A program made the translations under genes and the position numbers. This document shows, one piece after another, positions 48,559 to 57,210 of a stretch of 64,000 bases of DNA. The notes below the pieces were generated by a model, which was given only the letters and a program-made list of their open reading frames with translations, did no database searches and was not told where the DNA came from. The DNA lies in assembly GCA_964457945.1 (NCBI GenBank), contig CAYWFX010000003.1:99642-163641 (forward strand). Reading direction: 5' to 3'. Position 1 is the stretch's first letter. Each line of letters opens with the position of its first letter. The DNA comes from an uncultured Syntrophomonas sp. GTDB taxonomy: Bacteria > Bacillota > Syntrophomonadia > Syntrophomonadales > Syntrophomonadaceae.

Positions 48559-50054
48559 CGACCTGTTGACAAACCCCAGATATAAGAAATATTTGATAAA
48601 ATAGTACTGGGGTGATACATAATGATGGGTAAACAAAGTGCGCAGTTACAGATGATCATTTTAGATATGGAACAGATGATACCGCAAACACATTTACTTA
48701 GGAAAATTGATCACATAGTTGACTTTAGTTTCATTTATGAAAGGGCAGCTGGACTTTATGCCAAAAATGGTAGACCTTCTATCGATCCAGTTGTGCTTAT
48801 CAAAATGTTGCTAATTGGCTATATGTATGGCATCAAGTCCGAACGTCGATTGGAACAGGAAGTAAATCTAAATATCGCATATCGCTGGTTTTGCGGGTTG
48901 CAACTAACCGATCGGGTTCCTGACCATAGTACATTCAGTCAAAACCGACGGAGAAGATTTAGCACAAGCGGTATCTTTCAAGAAATATTCTATGAAATCG
49001 TAAGGCAGTGCATTGATCAGGGATTGGTTGATGGGGAGTACACCGTATGTGATGGAAGCTTCCTACCTGCTGAGGTGTCAAGAAGTAGCCATACAACCAT
49101 AGAAACAACCATCCGTAAGAGCATGCAAAGTTATCTGGATGTTTTAGACGAGGAACTTGCCACTCAGCCTGGATACAAATTGGTCGAAGAGCAACCCCAG
49201 GTAATTAATCGCCTAACAAGTAAAACCGATCCAGAGTGTGGATTCATGCATAAGGGCAAAAAGAATGGGATGGGATACCTTGTTGAAACTACAGTGGATT
49301 GTAGTAACGGAATTATTACTGGAGTTGATGTGTATCCGGCCAATCAGAAAGAGAGCAGTATTGTTCTACAACATCTAGAAAAGCAGATTCAGGCGAATGG
49401 TTTGGAAATTAAACGAATAGCATTGGATGGCGGATATGACGTAGGTGCCGTACACCGTGGTCTGGAATTGATGGGAATTGAAGGATATATACCTGCAATT
49501 CCTTATTCAAACGCCCCCGAAAAACAAGGTTTTGTTTATCAATCTCACGATGATTGTTTTGTATGTCCTCGGGGACAGAAAATTAACTATGACAAACTAT
49601 ATTGTGTTCGTACTACCGGTAATTTTCTGAGGTGTTATCTAGCAGCACGTGATACCTGTCAAAACTGTCCGCAAAAATTACCATGTTTGGGCAAGGAAAA
49701 ACGCCGAAGAATCTTGGCCAGTAGTTTTTACCCTGCGTTTTACAGAGGGCATGAACGAGCCAAAGGATTACTTTATGACAAGATGATGCGCCTGCGAGCA
49801 ATTTGGTCAGAAGGTACTTTTTCCGTTTTGAAACGAGAACACAAAATGAAAACGATACAAAAACGCGGGATTGTAAATGCCAGAGAAGAGTGCCTACTGG
49901 CATCCATTGCTTTAAATCTGAAAAGAATGGTAAAAGCCTTACCCAATAAATCATACGATGGTCTTAGTTTAGTATTCTTCAAAGTGTTCATGTTCCCCAT
50001 CATCAACTTAAGAACAAATTAAGCTCCCGAAAAACCATGTTTGTCAACAGGTCG
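48559..50054 (+). mobile_element. IS1182-family (IS5-like DDE) insertion sequence, apparently intact
   Basis: Perfect 16-bp terminal inverted repeats CGACCTGTTGACAAAC (48559..48574) and GTTTGTCAACAGGTCG (50039..50054). Flanked by the 6-bp direct repeat AATAAA (48553..48558 and 50055..50060). Single transposase ORF. Confidence 0.9.
48622..50022 (+). CDS. IS1182/IS5-type DDE transposase
   Basis: 466 aa. N-terminal GRPSIDPVVLIKMLLIGYMYGIKSERRLE motif, with DDE and C-terminal Cys-rich region. Confidence 0.9.
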   Translation: MMGKQSAQLQMIILDMEQMIPQTHLLRKIDHIVDFSFIYERAAGLYAKNGRPSIDPVVLIKMLLIGYMYGIKSERRLEQEVNLNIAYRWFCGLQLTDRVPDHSTFSQNRRRRFSTSGIFQEIFYEIVRQCIDQGLVDGEYTVCDGSFLPAEVSRSSHTTIETTIRKSMQSYLDVLDEELATQPGYKLVEEQPQVINRLTSKTDPECGFMHKGKKNGMGYLVETTVDCSNGIITGVDVYPANQKESSIVLQHLEKQIQANGLEIKRIALDGGYDVGAVHRGLELMGIEGYIPAIPYSNAPEKQGFVYQSHDDCFVCPRGQKINYDKLYCVRTTGNFLRCYLAARDTCQNCPQKLPCLGKEKRRRILASSFYPAFYRGHERAKGLLYDKMMRLRAIWSEGTFSVLKREHKMKTIQKRGIVNAREECLLASIALNLKRMVKALPNKSYDGLSLVFFKVFMFPIINLRTN

Positions 50055-51399
50055 AATAAATTTCGCAAATTGAATTAGCGTCCAGAAAATAAAGGACATG
50101 GGCGCAGCCGCTTGGTAAGATAGAGTTGCAACACAAAATCTGCCAAGAAAGGAGCCACGTAACCATGTCCAATAAGATTATACAACTAAACGAAGGGGCC
50201 ATAAAGCTTGAACTTAAGGAGCTGGTCCGCAACAGCGTGGAGGAAACACTCAATGAACTGCTGGAAAAGGAAGCGGTTGAGCTGACAAATGCAGGACGGT
50301 ATGAAAGAACCGAGGAACGTCAGGGGTATCGCTCTGGTCATTACGAGCGTAACCTGACCACTACCTCAGGCGAGGTGAAGCTTAAGATGCCCAAACTCAA
50401 AGGGGTGGCATTTGAGACCGCCATCATTGAGCGATACCGGCGTCGGGAAAGCTCGGTAGAGGAAGCACTGATTGAAATGTACTTAGCCGGTGTATCAGTG
50501 CGGCGGGTCGAAGACATAACCGAAGCACTATGGGGTACCAAAGTATCTGCAGGTACGGTAAGCAACCTGAACAAGAAGGTCTATGGACATATCGAGACCT
50601 GGCGCAACCGGCCCCTGCAAGGCAAATATCCATATGTATATGTGGACGGGATCTATCTCAAGCGCAACTGGGGCGGTGAATACGAAAACGTAGCCATTCT
50701 GATTGCGATGGCGGTTAACGAAGATGGTTACCGTGAAGTGATCGGGGCTGCGGAGGGAATGAAGGAGGACAAGGCCAGTTGGCAGGAGTTCCTTAAGAGT
50801 CTCAAACAGCGTGGACTGGAAGGCACCCAGCTATTCATAGGCGATAAGTGTCTTGGACTTCTTGAGGCGGTCAATGAGGTGTACCCCGGTTCCAAATATC
50901 AACGCTGCACGGTTCACTTTTACCGCAATGTATTCTCTGTAACCCCTCGCACCAAAATGAAAGAAGTCGCGGCTATGCTTAAGGCCATTCATGCCCAGGA
51001 AAATAAAGAGGTAGCCAGAGAAAAAGCTGCTGCTGTGGCCGCCAAGCTGAAGGAAATGAAACTTAAGGAAGCTGCTAAAAAGATCGAGGATGGTATTCTA
51101 GAAACCCTAACATATATGGACTTCCCATATGCGCACTGGTCAAAACTACGCAGTAACAATGTAATTGAGCGGCTGAACCGAGAGATCCGGCGTCGAACCC
51201 GAGTGGTCGGCACCTTCCCGGATGGTAATTCGGCCTTGATGCTGGTCTGTGCCAGGCTCAGGCATGTGGCCAGTAAGGCATGGGGAACCAAACGCTATAT
51301 GAGCATGAGGCATTTAGAAGAAATGAACAAAGAAGCCAACCTGGTTGCCGGTTAATAGCTAGCTACCAAGCGGCAAATCAAATTTGCGAAAAACTATTG
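50055..51399 (+). mobile_element. IS256-family insertion sequence (outer limits approximate; the left tip may continue at 48552..48558 across the IS1182 insertion)
   Basis: Terminal inverted repeats TTTCGCAAATT (50061..50071) / AATTTGCGAAA (51381..51391). Subterminal repeats GCCGCTTGGTA / TACCAAGCGGC. Mutator-type transposase ORF. Confidence 0.8.
50165..51355 (+). CDS. IS256-family (mutator-type) transposase
   Basis: Start at ATG 50165 after AAGGAG. YVDGIYLK, AMAVNEDGYREV, and QRCTVHFYRNV motifs. Confidence 0.9.
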   Translation: MSNKIIQLNEGAIKLELKELVRNSVEETLNELLEKEAVELTNAGRYERTEERQGYRSGHYERNLTTTSGEVKLKMPKLKGVAFETAIIERYRRRESSVEEALIEMYLAGVSVRRVEDITEALWGTKVSAGTVSNLNKKVYGHIETWRNRPLQGKYPYVYVDGIYLKRNWGGEYENVAILIAMAVNEDGYREVIGAAEGMKEDKASWQEFLKSLKQRGLEGTQLFIGDKCLGLLEAVNEVYPGSKYQRCTVHFYRNVFSVTPRTKMKEVAAMLKAIHAQENKEVAREKAAAVAAKLKEMKLKEAAKKIEDGILETLTYMDFPYAHWSKLRSNNVIERLNREIRRRTRVVGTFPDGNSALMLVCARLRHVASKAWGTKRYMSMRHLEEMNKEANLVAG

Positions 51400-51485
51400 A
51401 CGGTACCATGGCGAAAGACCAATAAGGATAGGCGTGAGCCTCATTCATACTTTTGTTCATTCCATTTTTGCGAATTTGTTGGCAT

Positions 51486-51537
51486 AAAAAAAACCACCTT
51501 TTGATTATTCTTACTAAGAATAATACCCAAAAAGTGG
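51486..51537 (-). terminator. Strong minus-strand intrinsic terminator, probably the original glmS terminator displaced by the Tn7-like insertion
   Basis: Long, almost perfect stem CCACTTTTTGG-GTATTATTCTTAG-TA-AGAATAAT-CAAAAGGTGG followed by TTTTTTTT on the minus strand. It lies about 95 nt beyond the distal end of the element. Confidence 0.65.
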
Positions 51538-51629
51538 AATTATACAACATTATTATAAATTATATAATATTTTTATTTACTATATAGGTTTATTATTAAG
51601 GACACTTCTTTTTTGTTTTCTAACAACCT

Positions 51630-51754
51630 TGTGTAGTTTTATAATAAAGTTTATATCGTTTCGGATAAAATAAAGGCAATATTTTAATAATAAAGTTCGT
51701 ATTAATTATTCATCTCTAATTTAAGTGCATTAAATAGTTTAATAATAAAGTTTG
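51630..51754 (+). repeat. Distal (L-like) end: terminal TGTGTAG plus three dispersed copies of (T)AATAATAAAGTTYG
   Basis: Copies at 51641..51652, 51685..51699 and 51740..51754, spaced about 45-55 bp apart, all in the same orientation. Confidence 0.75.
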
Positions 51755-51846
51755 TTCTAATTCTTCATAAGGCTATAATGAATCATACTTACAATATGGA
51801 TCCATATTCATTTCCGCAGCATTTGTCATACCAATTCATTTTATGT

Positions 51847-54800
51847 TTAATGGTCAATATTCTTAGCATCCCTTGCCGACACCAATGCCGCTTTTACCAT
51901 TTCAAGACAAGATAATTGTAGTGTTGACCACTGTTCTTCTGTTGTTGGAAGTTTTTGCCCAATAGCACCCATACACCGTTCTTCAAAGATTTTTTTACTT
52001 TTTGCCCACCTTTCTTCCTCTCCTAATTCTGGCATGCTATGAGATTTATAGTTTCTTAATTGTCGCAATATATATAATGCGGAAGCTAAGTCCTTAAACG
52101 GTACCCTGATTTTCTTATTTCCTGTCCGCATGTCTAATTTTAAATCTCTATTTAAAATGCTGTTAAGACCATCAATGAAGGAATCCCAGTCATCTGGTGT
52201 TCTCACAGTTTTACGAGCCTTATTTAACTCAACAGGATTATCCTGATTCTCAAAAATGTTCTTATCCTCTAAACTATTCTTACCAATCAGTAACTGGCGT
52301 AACTGGTGTTTTATATTGCGGATTTCATCTACAACTATACTCGATTGAGAATTATTTGAATCATCATCCGGTTTTCTACTATCTTTATCATAACCTTCAT
52401 ACTCTGGAGCAGAAATCTTCTCGGGGCGCAGATTTGCACATATGTTCTCACCCTGAACATTTTTACGACGAACCCATTCTTCAACCAGAAGGCTGCAAAA
52501 TCCAAGTTGTCCATCACTATCTGTAATAAAAACTTCGTTATCAACAAGACCTTGTATCACGTCCCCACACTGTCCAATACTATTACAATGTTTGAGCATT
52601 CTATCCCGAGATGTTCTATGGTCATTTAATAAATCTAGAATCAGATACATAACATCCTGTTCAATATGTCCGATTCTCTCTTGTCTACATATACCTTCCT
52701 CAAAATAGGTATCCTGTTCAATGAATCGTTGAATTACAGCCTCGATATCATAATTTGTAACAAAATACCTACGATGCTTGTTTAAAATATCTATTAAATC
52801 ACTGCAAATTATTTGTATGTGCCATGGGTAGCCTGCAGTCAGTTTATAAATGTAATCCACTATTTCACTTGGGATAATGACCTTGGTCTTTTCCAGTGGA
52901 GCAAGAATGGCATTCTGCGCATCTGGTTTGTCTAAAAAAGTAACCTTTTCGCTACGTAAATCTGCCCATATCTGAGCAGGGACCTTATTGGCTAGTTCAT
53001 CACTGGTGTGCCAATCTGCAAATACAACACCGAGTCCGTATTGGGAATCAGTATAAAAATTTCTCAGATCCCCAAGGCAACCACTATCCACGGTACCCTT
53101 ATTTATGCGATCGATAAGACCGTGAAACTCATCCAGCATCAGAATTATTCTTTCAATTCCCGCTTCTTGGCATTCATACAATAACTCTGCGAATTCATCT
53201 GCATCTTTTGCGATTGGAATATCGGTGCCTATACCTCTCTTTCTAAATTCTCCTTGTATTTGTCGGGATAATTTAAAAAAAATATTTGTCCATGAACCAT
53301 CCAAAGTGACAAAAACAACCATAAATTTGTTATTTGAGTCTGAAGTAATTTGTTTTTTTAAAAAGTGCAAGATAGATGTCTTGCCAACCTTTCTAACTCC
53401 TTGAATAAATGGGCGAAACCTATTTTGACGGACTCCGTTAGACAATCTCCCCAGCAATTCCTCTCTGCCATACAAATTGTCTGGTCCATCCACCCTAGGT
53501 TGAAGAGCGTTATGGTCATAAATGGCATCTACATCCATAAACTTTGAGATATTAATAATAACATCCTGAGAATAGCTTTCAGGATTGAGTTGCCTAGGGA
53601 GAGAGGCATATTCTATAACAACTCTGATATCAATAGAGCATTCTTGATAGATTTTATTAATGAAGTTAATTGGCAATGAAATATAGAGAATATCACCACT
53701 CGGGAGTGAGAGTTCCAAATCATTAGAATAAGAGTTCCATTTATCCTGCATAGGGTTTTGCACCTGAATTCGATAAATTGTTAACCCTGCCAGACCGACA
53801 TTTGCAATTTTAGCAATTACATTGACACAGATATCACCCGGTATGAAATAACTACCCGTTTCAAGTTCGAGATTAACCCGAGGCTTTTTAAATTGCTGTT
53901 CTAAATAATCAATACAGTTTCGTAAATTTTGAAATGCATTTAGCAATGCCCCTCGATAAAGAGGAACTATATTGTCAATCTGCTTATCTCTAATATCTTT
54001 TAATTGAGCCGTAATTGCGGGTAGTTCATACCCGTCCCCATTGGATTTATGTTCCAAAGCAATATTGTACAACCTATTTATTAATTCTGGTAGGAGGTTA
54101 TCTGGTTGCTTTTGTAGCGACATTACTGCATCAGCAATTTTCGGCAATAAATTATAGTAAGCGTCTGCGTCAGAAGCGGAAAACCTGCGATTTAACCAGG
54201 TTACCTCTTCAGGCAAGGAAGAGATGTATTTAGATAAATTTTTCATGTCATCTTCTATCTTGGTCAGCTTAGCATCCCAACCCCGCAATGGAAAAACGTT
54301 CTTGTAATGCATTAATGTTTGATATGTATCATAGGCTCTATGATAATCCAATAGTTCATGTCTATAAGCCAAAGCTATGCTTCGATATCCATGATATATT
54401 TGGTATGGCCGAACAGGCAATGAATCCATCAATAGGGTGGCTTTCTCTAGATTAAGGTAGCCTTCTTCAATTTTTCCCTGTCTGCTCATTGCTTTTCCAT
54501 AAAATGAATGCGCTAGGGCAAGGCTGTAAATATTTTCAGCATTAGTTTGATTGCATTCGTATTCAACTTCACGAGCATGTAATACATCCAAGAATAGTGT
54601 GCATCGCTCTTCGGAACTACCTTTATATGAGGAATAGAAAGACACCATTTGATGAAGATCACGACACCCATGTACCATGTCTTTATAAACCCTGCTTTCC
54701 GGATTCAATGGTGGGACAGTATTATGCGAATACTTTGGTATACTATTATTCTCGACTAAGAAACTGGAGGATTCCGGCCATATATGATTCAGTACATCTT

Positions 54801-56058
54801 TATATTTTATGAGAAAATCTCCAGAAATTTGAGATGCTTTCAAAAGTCGTTCCTCTGCTTCATTATTCTGACTAGCCAAATAAGCTAGCAAGCCTGATAC
54901 CATCCATGCTTTCGCATTATTGCTGTACTCCTTTTTAGTGAAGCACGAGGAAACCGTAAACGCTGACCCATATTCGCCCAGATAATAATAGGCGCAGGCA
55001 ACATTCCAGTATACAGCGGCTGGAGTAGAATTATTTTCTAAATGACTTTGTGCTTTCTCTGTAGCATTTTGGTAATCACCATTGGCAACCATGCAATCTA
55101 TTAATGCCCATTCTAATGGGGTTGAATCAAAGCCTTTTGATAATAATTGCTTGATCAGGTTAATTGATTCTTCTATATCTCCATCTGAATATCTTTCGAG
55201 AGATTTAGAATATTCAGATCTCATCTTAAGCCAATTTGAACTCTGCATAAGCTGAGCATATCTAGATGGTGGTCTAGGAATGAGAATGTTTTGAAGGACG
55301 CTTTTGACAGATTGTTGATTGGTTTGTGATGAGCTAATATGAGGTGTTTTATCAGCAATATCGTTTTGTTGCTCAGTAGATGTGAGTGATATGTTTTGCT
55401 GGAGGGTACTATCAGTGGTTCCTGGATCAGGATCTTTGCATGTCGCAACTTGTTGAAGATCTGTTTTCTTAACAGATGCTTCAACTTCTGCAATATATCT
55501 TTGAATTAGATTAGAGTTTTTATTAAGAGCCATTTGCAAATTTTGGCGAGCATTTTCAGTGTCATTACTTTGAAGATTTAATAAACAAAGTAAAAAATGC
55601 CCTCTTTCAGGATGCTGTTCCTGCGGATTATCGATCCATTCCTCTATACACTCCTGGCTTTTGCCGATTTGATGTTTAAGGTAATAAGCTTGTGCCAACC
55701 CCCACAAGGCAGGACCCACTACTGGGTTTGCTTTGTGTAATGGGGCATAGAATTCAATATAGTCGTTGTATTTCCCAATTTTAAGCCAACAAAGTGTTTC
55801 GGATATTCGACTGGTAGTAATTGCCGTTGGTCTATTAGGTAGAGAATTATTTAACTCACGAAATAGCACTGCTGCGGTTTCGTAATCACTATTATCAAAA
55901 TATTGAGCGGCCTTATTGTATTGTTCTAGAATATTAGGGCGATCAAGTACGTATTTACCTGGTCCAACAGTCCACGAACGATGAAATAATTCGTCAATTA
56001 GGCCTAGTTGTATATCGCCATCCAGTATTTGTGATAGAATAATATCAACTTGTTCCAT
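51847..56058 (-). CDS. TPR-repeat / STAND-type P-loop ATPase / C-terminal HEPN-like protein (about 1400 aa)
   Basis: The N-terminal 600 aa or so form two blocks of TPR-like helical repeats split by an S/T/Q-rich linker. ATPase: LYGREELLGRL..GVRKVGKTS (Walker A, 53377..53400) and IILMLDEFH (Walker B, 53122..53145). C-terminus: LRQLRNYKSHS, an R-x4-H HEPN motif (52039..52056). Start set at ATG 56058, which has AAGGAG 9 nt upstream. Confidence 0.75.
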   Translation of the reverse strand: MEQVDIILSQILDGDIQLGLIDELFHRSWTVGPGKYVLDRPNILEQYNKAAQYFDNSDYETAAVLFRELNNSLPNRPTAITTSRISETLCWLKIGKYNDYIEFYAPLHKANPVVGPALWGLAQAYYLKHQIGKSQECIEEWIDNPQEQHPERGHFLLCLLNLQSNDTENARQNLQMALNKNSNLIQRYIAEVEASVKKTDLQQVATCKDPDPGTTDSTLQQNISLTSTEQQNDIADKTPHISSSQTNQQSVKSVLQNILIPRPPSRYAQLMQSSNWLKMRSEYSKSLERYSDGDIEESINLIKQLLSKGFDSTPLEWALIDCMVANGDYQNATEKAQSHLENNSTPAAVYWNVACAYYYLGEYGSAFTVSSCFTKKEYSNNAKAWMVSGLLAYLASQNNEAEERLLKASQISGDFLIKYKDVLNHIWPESSSFLVENNSIPKYSHNTVPPLNPESRVYKDMVHGCRDLHQMVSFYSSYKGSSEERCTLFLDVLHAREVEYECNQTNAENIYSLALAHSFYGKAMSRQGKIEEGYLNLEKATLLMDSLPVRPYQIYHGYRSIALAYRHELLDYHRAYDTYQTLMHYKNVFPLRGWDAKLTKIEDDMKNLSKYISSLPEEVTWLNRRFSASDADAYYNLLPKIADAVMSLQKQPDNLLPELINRLYNIALEHKSNGDGYELPAITAQLKDIRDKQIDNIVPLYRGALLNAFQNLRNCIDYLEQQFKKPRVNLELETGSYFIPGDICVNVIAKIANVGLAGLTIYRIQVQNPMQDKWNSYSNDLELSLPSGDILYISLPINFINKIYQECSIDIRVVIEYASLPRQLNPESYSQDVIINISKFMDVDAIYDHNALQPRVDGPDNLYGREELLGRLSNGVRQNRFRPFIQGVRKVGKTSILHFLKKQITSDSNNKFMVVFVTLDGSWTNIFFKLSRQIQGEFRKRGIGTDIPIAKDADEFAELLYECQEAGIERIILMLDEFHGLIDRINKGTVDSGCLGDLRNFYTDSQYGLGVVFADWHTSDELANKVPAQIWADLRSEKVTFLDKPDAQNAILAPLEKTKVIIPSEIVDYIYKLTAGYPWHIQIICSDLIDILNKHRRYFVTNYDIEAVIQRFIEQDTYFEEGICRQERIGHIEQDVMYLILDLLNDHRTSRDRMLKHCNSIGQCGDVIQGLVDNEVFITDSDGQLGFCSLLVEEWVRRKNVQGENICANLRPEKISAPEYEGYDKDSRKPDDDSNNSQSSIVVDEIRNIKHQLRQLLIGKNSLEDKNIFENQDNPVELNKARKTVRTPDDWDSFIDGLNSILNRDLKLDMRTGNKKIRVPFKDLASALYILRQLRNYKSHSMPELGEEERWAKSKKIFEERCMGAIGQKLPTTEEQWSTLQLSCLEMVKAALVSARDAKNIDH

Positions 56059-56217
56059 ACTTAAACACTCCTTTTTAGGAATAGGGAAGCTCAAACTTAG
56101 AAGTCACTCTTTTAATAAATAAAATAAATATTGTCTGCTTGAATGTTCATGCCGCCAAATTGCACGTGAGTATACACTATTGTTCGCGGATACCAAAAGC
56201 CTTTACGACCTCCTTTG

Positions 56218-57210
56218 TTACGTTAAACTAATATAGAGACCCAACCTATCCTTAATAGCTTGCCTAATGTGTGCAGGCGAAATCACCATAGCTGAAGCTC
56301 CCAACGAAAGCACCGATCTAATTACTTCGTCTTTGTCGAATTCATAATAGCTTACTTCCAGTATATAAACCCCATCTTCGCGCACATAGGCTTTTCTAAC
56401 AAAATAAGAAAACAAGGAAAAGCAGCGTTCAATAACATTTTTTTCATCCTTAATAGCAATGACAAGTGGTTCGGACGCTTTTTTACTTTCAATAGATTCA
56501 ATTATATCCCTATTGTCATTATTTGTCTGCTCTTCAATATCCGAAACATTATATAGCCTAGAAATATTGGCCTTGATAGCTCTGCTTTCAGCCATTGAGT
56601 ACATGGATACTCTAAACCTGTTCTCAAGTGTTGAGTATTCTATCCTAAACGGTATAGCACGACAGTTTTCATACTTGCGATCATCTAAGGCAATATTCGA
56701 ATATTGTATTACTGACTTCTTATCTATTGCGTTAAGAATTATTTTGAAGTTGTTAATATAGTCAGCGGCTTTATAATCATCCTTATCTGAATAATTATTT
56801 CTAATATCAAAATGCTTGCTGAAATCAAGTGATTTTTGGTCCATATTAATTAGATTAGTTTGGAGTTTATCGATTACATCCTGTTCAAGAAACAATCTAA
56901 TGCGTTCATCTTTGAGTAAATTTGACAACCAAACTAATTCAATATTCAGGGGCCTTACAGGTATATACCCTTCAAGCTGAGTGTGCGCTTGCTGATTTTT
57001 ATCAAAGAAAAGTAGTTCGAAATTGGCATCAGCTTCCTTGTTTCGGTTAAGAAGAGCATCTATGTAACCGTATACAGGTTCATTAAAACAGTTTTGCATA
57101 AAGCTATCGGCAATCTCATTCTTAGTATAACTATAGCCTGCGTGGAACCGGTTAATTAGGTCAATGGTGTGGGCGATGTATTTGTTTTTATATTCATTAA
57201 ATAGCTTCAT
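56218..57210 (-). CDS. WYL-domain + WCX-like C-terminal domain protein (second of a pair)
   Basis: IPFRIEYSTLENRFRVSMY..IKANISRL has the WYL-like Sm-fold pattern. The C-terminal IRSVLSLGASAMVISPAHIRQAIKDRL is the typical WCX ending. ATG 57210 overlaps the upstream stop by 14 nt. Confidence 0.6.
   Translation of the reverse strand: MKLFNEYKNKYIAHTIDLINRFHAGYSYTKNEIADSFMQNCFNEPVYGYIDALLNRNKEADANFELLFFDKNQQAHTQLEGYIPVRPLNIELVWLSNLLKDERIRLFLEQDVIDKLQTNLINMDQKSLDFSKHFDIRNNYSDKDDYKAADYINNFKIILNAIDKKSVIQYSNIALDDRKYENCRAIPFRIEYSTLENRFRVSMYSMAESRAIKANISRLYNVSDIEEQTNNDNRDIIESIESKKASEPLVIAIKDEKNVIERCFSLFSYFVRKAYVREDGVYILEVSYYEFDKDEVIRSVLSLGASAMVISPAHIRQAIKDRLGLYISLT

Noticed and set aside
48544-51407. 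8-bp target duplication for the IS256-family element
   Set aside because: The candidate flanks (TAAGGTAC / GACGGTAC) share only GGTAC. Because GGTACC is palindromic, that could equally be part of the inverted repeat. The ends are therefore given as approximate.
51625-51629. Expected 5-bp target-site duplication of the Tn7-like element (compared with 60729..60733)
   Set aside because: The flanks read AACCT and CTCTT. Shifting the ends by 1-2 nt gives at best 3/5 identity. The duplication is therefore not demonstrable, which is a weakness of the Tn7-like interpretation. Exact ends need comparison with an empty site.
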